This document shows, piece by piece, positions 39,349 through 52,542 of a stretch of DNA of 61,819 nt (position 1 is its first letter; every line of letters begins with the position of its first letter). Location of the stretch: assembly GCA_050260095.1 (NCBI GenBank), contig JBLNBQ010000179.1:1-61819 (forward strand), read 5' to 3'. The position numbers were made by a program, and so were the translations under genes. The notes beneath the pieces were generated by a model. That model had not been told where the DNA came from. It made no database searches and saw only the letters and a program-made list of their open reading frames with translations. Source of the stretch: Chitinophagales bacterium. Lineage in GTDB: Bacteria > Bacillota > UBA5301 > DYFA01.

Positions 39349-41100
39349 GTGACCGTGACCGGCAATTTCTTCGGGCTCATCAGCCTCTTCTTTACAGTGG
39401 TCATCGGGATCTACTTCTGGAACCTCCTGCGGCAGCAGCAGTCCTCCCGGGGGGCGATCGACCGGGAGTCCCGCAAGGAACTGGAGAAGCTGGAGCGCCT
39501 GCGCGCCATCAGCCTGAGCGAACCGCTGGCGGAGAAGACGCGCCCCTCGACCCTTTCCGAGATCATCGGGCAGGAGGACGGCGTGAGATCGCTTCGGGCG
39601 GCCCTGTGCGGCCCCAACCCGCAGCACGTGATCATGTACGGCCCGCCGGGCGTGGGCAAGACCGCCGCCGCCCGGGTGGTGCTGGAGGAGGCCAAGATGA
39701 ACCCTCTGTCGCCCTTCCTTCCGACCGCCAAGTTCGTGGAAGTCGACGCCACCACCGCCCGTTTCGACGACCGGGGGATCGCCGACCCGCTGATGGGCTC
39801 GGTGCACGACCCGATCTACCAGGGCGCCGGTCCTTTGGGCATGGCGGGCATCCCGCAGCCGAAGCCCGGGGCGGTGACCAAGGCCCACGGCGGCGTGCTC
39901 TTCATCGACGAGATCGGCGAACTGCATCCCATCCAGATGAACAAGCTGCTCAAAGTGCTGGAGGACCGGAAGGTCTTCCTGGAGAGCGCCTACTACTCCT
40001 CGGAGGATAGCAACATCCCCGCCTACATCCACGATATTTTCCAGAACGGTCTGCCCGCCGACTTCCGGCTGGTCGCCGCCACTACCCGACAGCCACACGA
40101 GATCCCGCCGGCCATCCGGTCGCGGTGCCTGGAGATCTTCTTCCGGGCCCTCACGCCGGAGGAGGTGGAGACCATCGCCCGCAACGCGGTGAAGAAGATC
40201 GAGTTCACGGCGGAGGAGGGGGCCATCCGGGTGCTGACCCGGTACGCCACCAACGGGCGGGACGCGGTGAACATGATCCAGGTCGCGGCCGGGCTGGCTT
40301 TGACCGAGGGCCGGAAGAGCATCCGGCAGGCCGACGTGGAGTGGGTGGTGCAGAGCGGCCAGTACAGCCCCCGCCCTGACCGGAAAGTGCCGGAGACGCC
40401 GCAGGTCGGCCTGGTCAACGGCCTGGCGGTCTACGGGCCCAACATGGGCGCGCTCATGGAAGTGGAAGCCTCAGCGGTGCCGGCCGAGAAGGGCAAAGGG
40501 CGCCTCATGATCACCGGGGTGGTCGAGGAGGAGGAGATGAGTTCGGTCGGCCGGACGCTGCGGTCGAAGTCGACCGCCCGCGGTTCGGTGGAGAACGTGC
40601 TCACCGTGCTGAAGAAGTGCTTCGACCTCGACCCGCACGACTACGACCTGCACGTGAACTTCCCGGGCGGGACGCCGGTGGACGGTCCCTCAGCCGGCGT
40701 GACCATCGTGACCGCCATCTACTCGGCGATCACCGGTTACCCGGTGGACAACCTTGTGGCGATGACCGGCGAGGTCTCGATCCGGGGGTACGTGAAACCC
40801 ATCGGCGGGGTGGTGCCGAAGGTGAAAGCCGCCCTGCAGGCCGGGGCGAAGAAGGTCCTGATCCCGAAGGAGAACTACCAGGACCTCTTCGCGACGATGG
40901 AGGACATCAAGGTCCAGCCGGTGGAGCACATCCGCCAGGTCATCGAGGAGGCCGTAATTGGCAACCCGTTCGCCGGCCACCGCTGGTCGGAGGCGGAGGT
41001 CGCTGCGGCAGTGCCGCCCGCCGGCGGGGTGGCCGCCTCCGGGCCGGTGGTGAACCCGGTGGTCCCGGCGCCGGCCTTGCAACCGCCGGTGGGGTGCTAG
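39349..41100 (+). CDS. lonB: Sporulation-type ATP-dependent protease LonB
   Basis: N-terminal [25 protein letters not shown]; lies after clpX. Confidence 0.93.
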   Translation: MTVTGNFFGLISLFFTVVIGIYFWNLLRQQQSSRGAIDRESRKELEKLERLRAISLSEPLAEKTRPSTLSEIIGQEDGVRSLRAALCGPNPQHVIMYGPPGVGKTAAARVVLEEAKMNPLSPFLPTAKFVEVDATTARFDDRGIADPLMGSVHDPIYQGAGPLGMAGIPQPKPGAVTKAHGGVLFIDEIGELHPIQMNKLLKVLEDRKVFLESAYYSSEDSNIPAYIHDIFQNGLPADFRLVAATTRQPHEIPPAIRSRCLEIFFRALTPEEVETIARNAVKKIEFTAEEGAIRVLTRYATNGRDAVNMIQVAAGLALTEGRKSIRQADVEWVVQSGQYSPRPDRKVPETPQVGLVNGLAVYGPNMGALMEVEASAVPAEKGKGRLMITGVVEEEEMSSVGRTLRSKSTARGSVENVLTVLKKCFDLDPHDYDLHVNFPGGTPVDGPSAGVTIVTAIYSAITGYPVDNLVAMTGEVSIRGYVKPIGGVVPKVKAALQAGAKKVLIPKENYQDLFATMEDIKVQPVEHIRQVIEEAVIGNPFAGHRWSEAEVAAAVPPAGGVAASGPVVNPVVPAPALQPPVGC

Positions 41101-41134
41101 GACAGACCCGGCTAGAACGATTGGCGATAATAAG

Positions 41135-41170
41135 GGCGCCGGGGGATTCCCCCGGCGCCTCTCTGCCTTT
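41135..41170 (+). terminator. Hairpin/terminator after lonB
   Basis: GGCGCCGGGG/CCCCGGCGCC stem followed by a pyrimidine tail. Confidence 0.5.
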
Positions 41171-41366
41171 GGACGGTAGCCTAGAAGGAGAACCGTGCGC
41201 CGACGAACGGACCATTCACTTAAAGGATGTGCCGTTTGCTGGTATCCTGTTCCGGCCTTGGTGGGCGGTTACTTATCACGGCGGAACCCGTTTCCGCGTG
41301 CTTCCATGAATGGAAACGGTGGCAGGACGATATGCTGAGTGGGGAATTCTGTGAGGAGGGGTTAAC

Positions 41367-42038
41367 TTGAAGAGTTGGATGATCTGCCTCGTTCTGGCTG
41401 CTGTTCTCCTGCTCGGGTCGGTCTCGGTGGGGGCTGGCGATTTCGGAGCCACGGCATGCGCCGACTACTTGTTCGGGAAGCTCGAGTCTTGGTGGCGCAG
41501 CGATTCCGACGTCAACGGCTTCCTGCTACGGGCCGAAGCTCCCGTGACCGGACCTTTCGGGGTCCTCGGTGAAGCGGGCTTCCTGACTGCGAAGGACTAC
41601 TTCTATGGGGAGAGCGAATCCCTGGCGGCCGGGGATCTCAAGGTCCAGGACTGGAATCTCTTCGCCACGTACGCGCTGCCCATCGAGGGTGTTCAGCTTA
41701 AGGCGCTCGGGGGCTACGGCTCGGCTCGCTTCCCTGACGAAGCCGACGTTGCGTACGCCTTCAAGGGTTTCAAGCTGGGTGCCGCGGCTGAACTCAAGCC
41801 GGTGGAGAACCTCACCTTGAACGGCTTGGTAGCTTTTGGCCTAGGAGCGAAGGCTTGCTTCAACGAGGGGGATGAGTTCGACGCGAAGGCCACCGAGTAC
41901 CGCCTGTCTGGGAGTTACGCCGTGACCTCCAACGTCGCGATTGAGGCTGGATACAGCTACGCCAAGTACGAGTATACGGACGAGGCCCCGTACTTCGCCA
42001 CCAAGGGCTTCTTCGTGGGCGCCAAGGCCACGTTCTAA
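41367..42038 (+). CDS. Putative outer-membrane beta-barrel protein
   Basis: Signal peptide, alternating amphipathic strands (VAIEAGYSY), C-terminal GFFVGAKATF ending in Phe. Confidence 0.7.
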   Translation: MKSWMICLVLAAVLLLGSVSVGAGDFGATACADYLFGKLESWWRSDSDVNGFLLRAEAPVTGPFGVLGEAGFLTAKDYFYGESESLAAGDLKVQDWNLFATYALPIEGVQLKALGGYGSARFPDEADVAYAFKGFKLGAAAELKPVENLTLNGLVAFGLGAKACFNEGDEFDAKATEYRLSGSYAVTSNVAIEAGYSYAKYEYTDEAPYFATKGFFVGAKATF

Positions 42039-42068
42039 GCGGTTCGGAACCGAACAAAGGCTACACCG

Positions 42069-42100
42069 GAACGCCGGGGTTCACCCCGGCGTTCTTTCTT
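42069..42100 (+). terminator. Intrinsic terminator after the beta-barrel gene
   Basis: GAACGCCGGGG/CCCCGGCGTTC stem followed by TTTCTT. Confidence 0.7.
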
Positions 42101-42209
42101 ATGGTGGGCAGACGCAGGCGGATCGGCTCCCAGCCCTGGTAGATGGTTACGGCAGGGAATCCGTCCTCCGCAAGCGAAACGTCTTATGATTCGCAGAGGA
42201 GGACTAGGC

Positions 42210-44645
<2,436 letters not shown>

Positions 44646-44684
44646 GGGCAGGGATACGGACGGGCAGCGACGAAAGACGCAGGT

Positions 44685-45353
44685 ATGACTGCCGGCGGAG
44701 GAATGCTGATGGGGCCGGACCTAAAGATCGGACAGAGGCTCCAGGTTCGCTTGGCCTACACGGACGACCAGTGGTACTCCTCCCGGGTGGAGGATCTGGG
44801 TGACGAGGTCATCGTGATCGGGGCCCCGCTAAAGGGCGGGGCGGTCATCCCCATCCACCCTGGGGAACTGGTGGAAGGGTTCTACTCCCAGCCCGACGGC
44901 TTCTTCGTCTTCCAGGCGGAGGTCCTGGAACGCCGGCTGGAACCAGTGCCGGTGCTCTTGCTGCGCTGCCCCGACGGCATCCGCAAGGTCCAGCGGCGCC
45001 GCCACTTCCGCCTGCCGGTGGTGCTGCCGGTGTATTACGAGGTCAAGGGCGCAGAAACGACCCTCAAAGGGTCCACCCTCGATCTGTCCGGGGGTGGACT
45101 CTGCATTGCCACGGGCCAGCCGCTGAAGCCGGGTCAGGAGCTGCAGGTCAAGTTGGAGCTGTCCGACGGCACCACCATCACGGCGGCTGGGCGGGTGATC
45201 TCGTGCGCCGAGGTGGAGAACGCGCCCAAGCAGCGGCGGTATTCGTCGGGCATCCAGTTCGTCGACCTTCCCGCACCGGTTGAGGAACGCATCGTGAGCT
45301 TTGTCTTTAGGGAACAGCGGGAGCGCCGGTGGCGCGAGGCGGGTCGCTGGTAG
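44685..45353 (+). CDS. YcgR-like flagellar brake protein (PilZ domain)
   Basis: QRRRHFR and DLSGGG c-di-GMP-binding motifs. Confidence 0.88.
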   Translation: MTAGGGMLMGPDLKIGQRLQVRLAYTDDQWYSSRVEDLGDEVIVIGAPLKGGAVIPIHPGELVEGFYSQPDGFFVFQAEVLERRLEPVPVLLLRCPDGIRKVQRRRHFRLPVVLPVYYEVKGAETTLKGSTLDLSGGGLCIATGQPLKPGQELQVKLELSDGTTITAAGRVISCAEVENAPKQRRYSSGIQFVDLPAPVEERIVSFVFREQRERRWREAGRW

Positions 45354-45368
45354 ATTTGAGGTGACAGC

Positions 45369-46223
45369 ATGCATCAGATCTTGGAGAAGCGGGAGATAGC
45401 GCCGGGCATCCACTCGCTCAAGGTCCGGGCCGAGCGGGTCGCCCGCAAGGCCCGCCCGGGCCATTTCGTCATCTTACGGCTGCACGAAGAGGGGGAGCGC
45501 ATCCCCCTTACCATCGTCGGCACCGAGCCGGAGAAGGGCCTCGTCTGGCTCATCTTCCAGGAAATCGGCAAGTCCACCAAGGAGTTGGCCGGTTACCGGG
45601 AGGGCGACGCGCTCCTCGACCTGGCCGGTCCGCTCGGGCACGCGGAACCCGCCCGGAAGGTGGGTCCGGTTCTGTGCATCGGGGGCGGGGTCGGCACCGC
45701 GCCGGTGCTGCCACGGGCCAAGGAGTTCGCCGCCGCCGGCAACCTCGTGGTCGGCCTGGTCGGCGCCAGGTCCCAGGAACTGCTGATCCTGAAAGATGAG
45801 ATGGAGGCGGCCTGCGCGAAGGTCCGCTACTGCACCGACGACGGGTCGTTCGGGCACCACGGGCTCGTGACCGATCTGATCGGGCCCTTGAACGAAGAGC
45901 ACGGGCCGTTTGCCGAGGTGCTGGCGATCGGACCGGTCCCCATGATGCGGGCCTGCGTGGCGCGCTGCAAGGAATTGGGGCTTCCGGTCACGGTGAGCCT
46001 CAACGCCTTGATGGTCGACGGCACGGGGATGTGCGGCGCCTGCCGGGTGACGGTGGGCGGCAAGACGCGCTTCACCTGCGTAGACGGTCCGGAGTTCGAC
46101 GGCGCGCAGGTCGATTTCGCCGAACTCTCGGCGCGCCTGCGCCAGTACACCGAGGAAGAGCGGTCGGCTCTGGGCCGGTTCACTGCCAGGAAGGAGGGAA
46201 CCTGCCAATGCCAGGGCGCGTAG
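45369..46223 (+). CDS. nfnA: NfnA/SudB-like FAD/[2Fe-2S] subunit of electron-bifurcating transhydrogenase
   Basis: GERIPLTI, GGGVG, TDDGS, DGTGMCGACRV..CVDGPEFD. Confidence 0.85.
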   Translation: MHQILEKREIAPGIHSLKVRAERVARKARPGHFVILRLHEEGERIPLTIVGTEPEKGLVWLIFQEIGKSTKELAGYREGDALLDLAGPLGHAEPARKVGPVLCIGGGVGTAPVLPRAKEFAAAGNLVVGLVGARSQELLILKDEMEAACAKVRYCTDDGSFGHHGLVTDLIGPLNEEHGPFAEVLAIGPVPMMRACVARCKELGLPVTVSLNALMVDGTGMCGACRVTVGGKTRFTCVDGPEFDGAQVDFAELSARLRQYTEEERSALGRFTARKEGTCQCQGA

Positions 46224-47620
46224 CGATGCCGAAGCAGGCGCCGGAAGAGAGGCGGCGCAACTTCTCCGAGGTGGCGCTCGGCCTGTCGCCGGTGGAAGCG
46301 CAGGCCGAGGCCGGGCGGTGCCTCCAGTGCAAGAACCCCACCTGCGTGGAGGGTTGCCCCGTTCAGGTGCCGATCAAGGATTTCGTGGCCCTGGTGGCGC
46401 AGGGACGCTTCCGGGAGGCGGCGGCCAAGGTCAAGGAGAAGAACCGCCTGCCGGCCATCTGCGGGCGAGTCTGCCCGCAGGAGAACCAGTGCGAGGCGAA
46501 GTGCGTCTGGGCGAAGAAGGGCGTGCCCATCGCCATCGGCGCCTTGGAGCGCTTCGTGGCCGACGTCGACCGGGAGGCCGCCGCAGGCGAGGCTCCGGTC
46601 GCGCAGAAGGGCCTGTCCGGGAGCGCCGCCAAAGTGGCGGTGATCGGCTCGGGTCCGGCGGGCCTGACGGCCGCCGCCGAGCTGGCCCGCTTCGGCTACC
46701 GGGTGACGGTCTTCGAATCGCTCCATGCGCCGGGCGGGGTGCTCCGCTACGGTATCCCCGAGTTCCGGCTGCCCAAGGCGATCCTCGACGCGGAGATCGC
46801 CGGCCTCAAGGAGCAGGGCGTCGAATTCGAATGCAACGTGGTCGTCGGCCAGACCGTCACGCTGGACGATCTGTGGGCCGAGGGCTACGCCGCGGCTTTC
46901 GTGGCCACCGGCGCCGGCCTGCCGCACTTTCTCGGCGTCCCCGGGGAGAACCTGAGCGGCGTCTACAGCGCCAACGAGTTCCTCACCCGGGCCAACCTGA
47001 TGCGGGCTTACGCTTTCCCCGACACCGACACGCCGATCCGAACCGGCAAGAGGGTGGCGGTCATCGGCGGCGGCAACGTCGCGATGGATTCGGCCCGGAC
47101 TGCCCTGCGGCTGGGGGCCGAGGAAGTGATGATCGTCTACCGGCGGTCCCGGGCGGAGCTGCCGGCCCGGCACGAAGAGGTGGAGAACGCGGAGGAGGAG
47201 GGGATCGTCTTCCGCCTCCTTGAGAACCCGCTGCGCATCCTCGGGGACGAGCGGGGTCTGGCGACGGGTCTGGAGGTCCAGCGCATGGAGTTGGGCGAAC
47301 CCGACGCCAGCGGCCGGCGGCGCCCGGTGCCGGTGCCGGGGGCCACGGAGGTCATCCCGGTCGACACGGTGATCGTCGCGGTCGGCCAGGGTCCGAACCC
47401 GCTGCTCATCCGGTACACCCCGGGCCTTGAGACCACGCCAGCCGGGCAGATCGCCGTCGACGAACACCTGCGGACCAGCCTGCCGCGGGTCTTCGCCGGC
47501 GGGGACATCGCCACGGGCGCCGCTACGGTGATCCTCGCCATGGGCGCCGGAAAGCAGGCGGCCCGGGAAATCCATGCACTGCTAAGTGAAAAAAGTGACG
47601 AGAGCCAGACTAACGCATGA
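46208..47620 (+). CDS. nfnB: NfnB/SudA-like (GltD-family) NADPH oxidoreductase subunit
   Basis: RCLQC..C..GCP, CGRVCPQE.QCE, GSGPAG, GGGNVAMD, GGDI; overlaps nfnA. Confidence 0.85.
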   Translation: MPGRVAMPKQAPEERRRNFSEVALGLSPVEAQAEAGRCLQCKNPTCVEGCPVQVPIKDFVALVAQGRFREAAAKVKEKNRLPAICGRVCPQENQCEAKCVWAKKGVPIAIGALERFVADVDREAAAGEAPVAQKGLSGSAAKVAVIGSGPAGLTAAAELARFGYRVTVFESLHAPGGVLRYGIPEFRLPKAILDAEIAGLKEQGVEFECNVVVGQTVTLDDLWAEGYAAAFVATGAGLPHFLGVPGENLSGVYSANEFLTRANLMRAYAFPDTDTPIRTGKRVAVIGGGNVAMDSARTALRLGAEEVMIVYRRSRAELPARHEEVENAEEEGIVFRLLENPLRILGDERGLATGLEVQRMELGEPDASGRRRPVPVPGATEVIPVDTVIVAVGQGPNPLLIRYTPGLETTPAGQIAVDEHLRTSLPRVFAGGDIATGAATVILAMGAGKQAAREIHALLSEKSDESQTNA

Positions 47621-47647
47621 GGTAGTACAGCCAGGGAGGGATGCAGC

Positions 47648-49318
47648 GTGTTGTCCGACATCGAGATCGCCCAGGCAGCCAAGCTCCGGCCGATCGAAGA
47701 GATCGCCGCTCAGGTCGGTCTGACCGCCCACGACCTGGAACTCTACGGGCGGAACAAGGCGAAGGTCACCCTCGAGGCCTGCGAGCGGGTCAAGAACAAC
47801 CCCGCGGGGAAGCTCATCTTCGTCACGGCCATCACTGCTACGCCAGCCGGCGAGGGCAAGACCTGCACCGCGGTGGGGCTGACCCAGGCGTTGGGCCACC
47901 TGAAGAAGAAGGTCATGCTCTGCCTCCGGGAGCCGTCCCTAGGCCCGGTCTTCGGCGTCAAGGGCGGCGCGGCCGGCGGCGGGTATGCCCAGGTGCTGCC
48001 GATGGAGGACATCAACCTTCATTTCACCGGCGATTTCGCGGCCATCACGGCGGCGCATAACCTGCTCGCCGCGCTGCTCGACAACCACCTCGTCCAGGGC
48101 AACGAACTCGACATCGACTTCCAGCGTCTGCTGTGGCGCCGGGTCATGGACATCAACGACCGGATGCTCCGTGACATCGTCGTGGGGCTCGGCGGCAAGG
48201 GGAACGGCTTCCCCCGGGAGACGGGCTTCGACATAACCGCGGCCAGCGAACTCATGGCCGTCCTCTGCCTCGCCCAAGACTGGGAAGACCTGCGCCGGCG
48301 CCTCGGCCGTTTGGTCGTAGCGTACAACCGGAAGGGCGACCCGGTCACCGCCGCCGATCTGAAAGCGGTCGGCGCGATGCTGGTTCTCTTGAAGGACGCG
48401 ATCAAGCCCAACCTCGTCCAGACGCTGGAAGGGCAGCCGGCCTTCATCCACGGCGGGCCGTTCGCCAACATCGCGCACGGCAACAACTCGATCATCGCGA
48501 CCCGCACGGCGCTGGGGCTGGCCGACTATGTGGTGACCGAGGGCGGCTTCGCCGCCGACCTGGGCGCGGAGAAGTTCTTCGACATCGTCTGCGCTCAGAG
48601 CGGCCTCAGGCCCGATGTCGCGGTGCTGGTCTGCTCGGTCAGGGCGCTGCACATGCACGGCGGGGCGACCAAGGAGGAACTGAACAACCTCAACCTGACG
48701 GCCCTGGAGAAGGGCTGCGAGAACCTGGCGAAGCACTTGGAGAACGTGCGCAAGTTCGGGGTGCCCACGGTGGTCGCCGTGAACCGCTTCCCGCAGGATC
48801 ACCCGGAGGAGCTTGCCTTCATCAAGGAGTACGTCGAGTCGCGGGGCGGCACGGCCGCCATCTCCGAGGTCTTCACCCACGGCGGACCGGGCGGGGTGGC
48901 CCTGGCCGAGGCGGTGCTGAAGACGCTCGAGACCCAGCCCTCCGACTTTCACCCGCTTTATAAAGCCAGCTTGCCGCTGCGGCAGAAGCTCGACCTGCTG
49001 GCCGTGGAGATCTACGGCGCGAGCCGGGTGCAGTACACGCCCCAGGCCGAGAAGGACATCAAGGAGATCACCCGGCTGGGGCTCGACAACCTGCCGCTCT
49101 GCGTCGCCAAGACGCAGTTCTCCCTCTCCGACGACCCCACGCTGCTCGGGGCGCCGCACGGGTGGAAGCTGACCGTGCGGGAGATTCGCCCGTCGGTCGG
49201 GGCCGGGTTCCTGGTCGTCTACACCGGCGAAATCCGCACGATGCCGGGGTTGCCGAAGCGCCCGGCGGCGGAGGCGATGGACATCGACGCGCAGGGGCGG
49301 ATTACCGGCCTCTTCTAG
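47648..49318 (+). CDS. fhs: Formate--tetrahydrofolate ligase
   Basis: [40 protein letters not shown]. Confidence 0.96.
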   Translation: MLSDIEIAQAAKLRPIEEIAAQVGLTAHDLELYGRNKAKVTLEACERVKNNPAGKLIFVTAITATPAGEGKTCTAVGLTQALGHLKKKVMLCLREPSLGPVFGVKGGAAGGGYAQVLPMEDINLHFTGDFAAITAAHNLLAALLDNHLVQGNELDIDFQRLLWRRVMDINDRMLRDIVVGLGGKGNGFPRETGFDITAASELMAVLCLAQDWEDLRRRLGRLVVAYNRKGDPVTAADLKAVGAMLVLLKDAIKPNLVQTLEGQPAFIHGGPFANIAHGNNSIIATRTALGLADYVVTEGGFAADLGAEKFFDIVCAQSGLRPDVAVLVCSVRALHMHGGATKEELNNLNLTALEKGCENLAKHLENVRKFGVPTVVAVNRFPQDHPEELAFIKEYVESRGGTAAISEVFTHGGPGGVALAEAVLKTLETQPSDFHPLYKASLPLRQKLDLLAVEIYGASRVQYTPQAEKDIKEITRLGLDNLPLCVAKTQFSLSDDPTLLGAPHGWKLTVREIRPSVGAGFLVVYTGEIRTMPGLPKRPAAEAMDIDAQGRITGLF

Positions 49319-49466
49319 CCGTCACACCTGCTTCGCTGAGACAGACGGACTCTCGCGACCCCCGGGTCAGCCCGGGGTTCTCGGCGCGGGGAGCCGGAAC
49401 GGGAGGAATCCCCGGGGCACGCGGAGAAGCAGCGGGGGTACGACTAAATCGAGGGGGTTTTCTGAA

Positions 49467-49910
49467 GTGGCAGTGGAACGGACCTTCATCATCGTCAAGC
49501 CCGAGGCGGTGCAGCGGGGTCTCATCGGCACCGTGCTCAGCCGGTTCGAGAACCGGGGCCTCAAGATCGTGAAGCTGGAAGTCCGGCAGATCAGCCGCGA
49601 GACGGCGAGCGTGCACTACCAGCACCTGGCCGACAAGCCGTTCTTCGGGGGCGTGCTCGACTCCATCACCGCCGGCCCCGCAGTGCTCGGGATTCTCGAG
49701 GGCGAGGGCGTGGTGGACCTGGTGAGGCAACTGCTCGGCGCGACCGATCCGCTGAAGGCGGCGCCCGGCACGATCCGGGGCGACTACGGCACGGTCCTGC
49801 CCTATAACGTTGTCCACGCCTCCGACTCGCTCGAGAGCGCCGCCCGCGAGATCGGCCTCTTCTTCCCGGGGGAGAGCGCCAAACCGGCTGGCTGCGGCTG
49901 TGGCTGCTGA
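49467..49910 (+). CDS. ndk: Nucleoside diphosphate kinase
   Basis: [25 protein letters not shown]. Confidence 0.94.
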   Translation: MAVERTFIIVKPEAVQRGLIGTVLSRFENRGLKIVKLEVRQISRETASVHYQHLADKPFFGGVLDSITAGPAVLGILEGEGVVDLVRQLLGATDPLKAAPGTIRGDYGTVLPYNVVHASDSLESAAREIGLFFPGESAKPAGCGCGC

Positions 49911-50760
49911 GCTGATCGACGGCAAGGCCCTGGCGGAGGTCATCCGGGCCCGGGTCCGGACGGAGGTGGCGGAACTCGCCGCCGCCGGCATCGTGCCGGG
50001 GCTGGCCGTGATCCTGGTGGGGGAGGATCCGGCTTCGCAGGTCTACGTGCGCAACAAGGAGCGGGACGCCCTTGAGGTGGGCATGCGCTCCTTCATGTAT
50101 CGGCTGCCGGCCGAGACGAGCCAGGGCGAACTTTTGGCCCTGATCGCCCGGCTCAACGCCGACCCGGCGGTCCACGGCATTCTGGTTCAGGTGCCGCTGC
50201 CGGTCCACCTCTCCGCCCCCCTGCTCCAACAGGCGATCGACCCCGCTAAGGATGTCGACGGTTTCCACCCGCTCAACGCCGGCAAGCTCCTGCTGGGACA
50301 GCCGGGGGGGTTCGTCGCGTGCACGCCGGCGGGCGTGCTGGAGCTGGTCAAGACCACCGGGGTACCCATCGCGGGGCGCGAGGTGGTGGTCGTCGGGCGC
50401 AGCGCCACGGTGGGCAAACCGGCGGCCGCGCTCTTCCTCAAGGAGAACGCCACGGTCACCGTCTGCCACTCTCAGACCAGAGACCTTCCGGCGGTCTGCC
50501 GCCGGGCCGACATCCTGGTCGTGGCGGTGGGCCGGCGGGAACTGGTCAAGGGCGACTGGATCAAGCCGGGGGCGGTGGTCATCGACGTCGGCATGAACCG
50601 GCACGAAGACAAGCTTTATGGTGACGTCGAGTTCGAACGGGCGAAGGAGGTGGCCGCTTTCATCACGCCGGTTCCCGGCGGAGTCGGCCCGATGACCAGA
50701 GCGATGTTGCTGGTCAACACAGTCCAAGGCGCACGGCGGGCCGCCGGGCAGGCCAGCTAG
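49900..50760 (+). CDS. folD: Methylenetetrahydrofolate dehydrogenase/cyclohydrolase
   Basis: [37 protein letters not shown]; GTG start overlaps ndk. Confidence 0.95.
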   Translation: MAAELIDGKALAEVIRARVRTEVAELAAAGIVPGLAVILVGEDPASQVYVRNKERDALEVGMRSFMYRLPAETSQGELLALIARLNADPAVHGILVQVPLPVHLSAPLLQQAIDPAKDVDGFHPLNAGKLLLGQPGGFVACTPAGVLELVKTTGVPIAGREVVVVGRSATVGKPAAALFLKENATVTVCHSQTRDLPAVCRRADILVVAVGRRELVKGDWIKPGAVVIDVGMNRHEDKLYGDVEFERAKEVAAFITPVPGGVGPMTRAMLLVNTVQGARRAAGQAS

Positions 50761-50770
50761 AAAGCGGGTT

Positions 50771-51568
50771 TTGTCGATGTCGTGGGAGACGGTCGTCCGG
50801 CGCCGCGTCGTGGAAGTGGTCCAGGGCGAGCGCCGGGAGAAGGAAGACGCACTGCTCACCGAGGTGCCGCTGACCCTGGAGGTCAACGGCCAGGAGTTCG
50901 TGACGCTCCTCTGCACCCCTACTGCGCTGGAGGATCTGGTCTACGGCTTCCTCTTCTCGGAGGGGCTGATCGATGAGGCCGGGGACCTCCTGCGGCTGGA
51001 GATCGACGCCGAGGCGCAGCGGGCCGCGGTGAGGACGCGCCAGGCGGACCTGCTCGCCGCCAAGCTCTACGGCAAGCGGACGATCACCACGGGCTGCGGC
51101 CGGGGCACGATCTTCTACCATCTGAACGATGCGCTAAAGACGCGGCCGGTGACGGCGGAGTGGTCCGTTTCGGCGGAGACCATCTTCGAGGCGCTGCGGC
51201 GGTGGGGCGATAAGTGCGACCTTTTCGCCGAGACGGGGTGTCCGCATTCGGCGGCGCTCGTCGCCGGGGATGGGGGGATCGCTTGCCTGGCGGAGGACCT
51301 CGGCCGGCACAACGCGGTCGACAAGGTGATCGGCCGGTCGGTGCGCGAGGGGTGGTCCCGGGCGGACAAATGCCTGGTGACCACGGGCCGGATCTCCTCG
51401 GAGATCCTGGTCAAGGCGGCCCGGGCGGGGGTGCCGGTCCTGATCTCCCGGTCCGCGGCGACGGGGCTGGCCGTGGCGCTCGCCGAAGAACTGGGGATCA
51501 CGGCGGTCGGCTTTGTCCGGGGTCGCCGTCTGGTCGTCTACAGCCATCCTGAGCGGATTACGCCTTGA
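50771..51568 (+). CDS. fdhD: Formate dehydrogenase accessory sulfurtransferase
   Basis: GFLFSEG, TGCG, EDLGRHNAVDKVIG, TGRISSE. Confidence 0.92.
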   Translation: MSMSWETVVRRRVVEVVQGERREKEDALLTEVPLTLEVNGQEFVTLLCTPTALEDLVYGFLFSEGLIDEAGDLLRLEIDAEAQRAAVRTRQADLLAAKLYGKRTITTGCGRGTIFYHLNDALKTRPVTAEWSVSAETIFEALRRWGDKCDLFAETGCPHSAALVAGDGGIACLAEDLGRHNAVDKVIGRSVREGWSRADKCLVTTGRISSEILVKAARAGVPVLISRSAATGLAVALAEELGITAVGFVRGRRLVVYSHPERITP

Positions 51569-51595
51569 TATTCCCCCCGGGCGGGGGTAAAATAG

Positions 51596-51829
<234 letters not shown>

Positions 51830-51900
51830 CTCGGTTCAGCGACGAGCATAGTGCGGAGAAGCGGGGGTGACCCGCTTCTCTTGGTATCAGGGGGGCCGGG

Positions 51901-52542
51901 ATGGAGACGCGCCTTTTGCTCGTTCGTCACGGGGAGACGGAGTGGAACCGGGACGGGCGGATTCAGGGTCATCTGGACGTGGTCCTGTCGGAGAACGGCC
52001 GCGAGCAGGCGAAAAGGCTCGCCCGGCGGCTCGCCCGCGAGCAACTGGCGGCCGTCTACGCCTCGACCCTGGCGCGGGCGAGCGAGACCGCCGCGATCAT
52101 CGCCCAGCCGCATGGCTTGCCGGTCGCCACCCGGCCCGAACTCCGGGAGGGTTGCTTCGGCGCCTGGCAGGGACTGACCATGGCCGAAGTGCGGGAGCGC
52201 TTCGCGGAGAACTACGCGGCGGTCCGGCAGGACCCGATCCACGGGCGGCCCCAAGACGGCGAGACCTGCTTCGAGATGGCGGAACGGGCGTACCAAACCG
52301 TGGGGGAGCTGGCGGCCGCCCACGCCGGCGAGACGATCGTCGTGGTGACCCACGGCGGCACGCTCAAGACCATCATCAGCCAGCTGCTCGGCCTCGACCT
52401 CCGCTACCGGTGGCGGTTCACGGTCGATAACTGCAGCCTAACGGTGGCGGCTTGGCGGGAAGGCGGACCCGTCCTTCTGACTTTGAACGACACCGCGCAC
52501 CTCGCCGGCGGCTTCGTCGGCCACGACGCGGCCGAGGCTTAG
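51901..52542 (+). CDS. Histidine phosphatase family protein (PspA/CobC-like)
   Basis: LVRHGETEWN, LRE..FG.WQG, VVTHGG, LNDTAHL. Confidence 0.9.
   Translation: METRLLLVRHGETEWNRDGRIQGHLDVVLSENGREQAKRLARRLAREQLAAVYASTLARASETAAIIAQPHGLPVATRPELREGCFGAWQGLTMAEVRERFAENYAAVRQDPIHGRPQDGETCFEMAERAYQTVGELAAAHAGETIVVVTHGGTLKTIISQLLGLDLRYRWRFTVDNCSLTVAAWREGGPVLLTLNDTAHLAGGFVGHDAAEA

Noticed and set aside
46208-47620. Stand-alone glutamate synthase small subunit
   Set aside because: It is paired with an NfnA/SudB-type gene and has no adjacent gltB, which fits NfnAB better.
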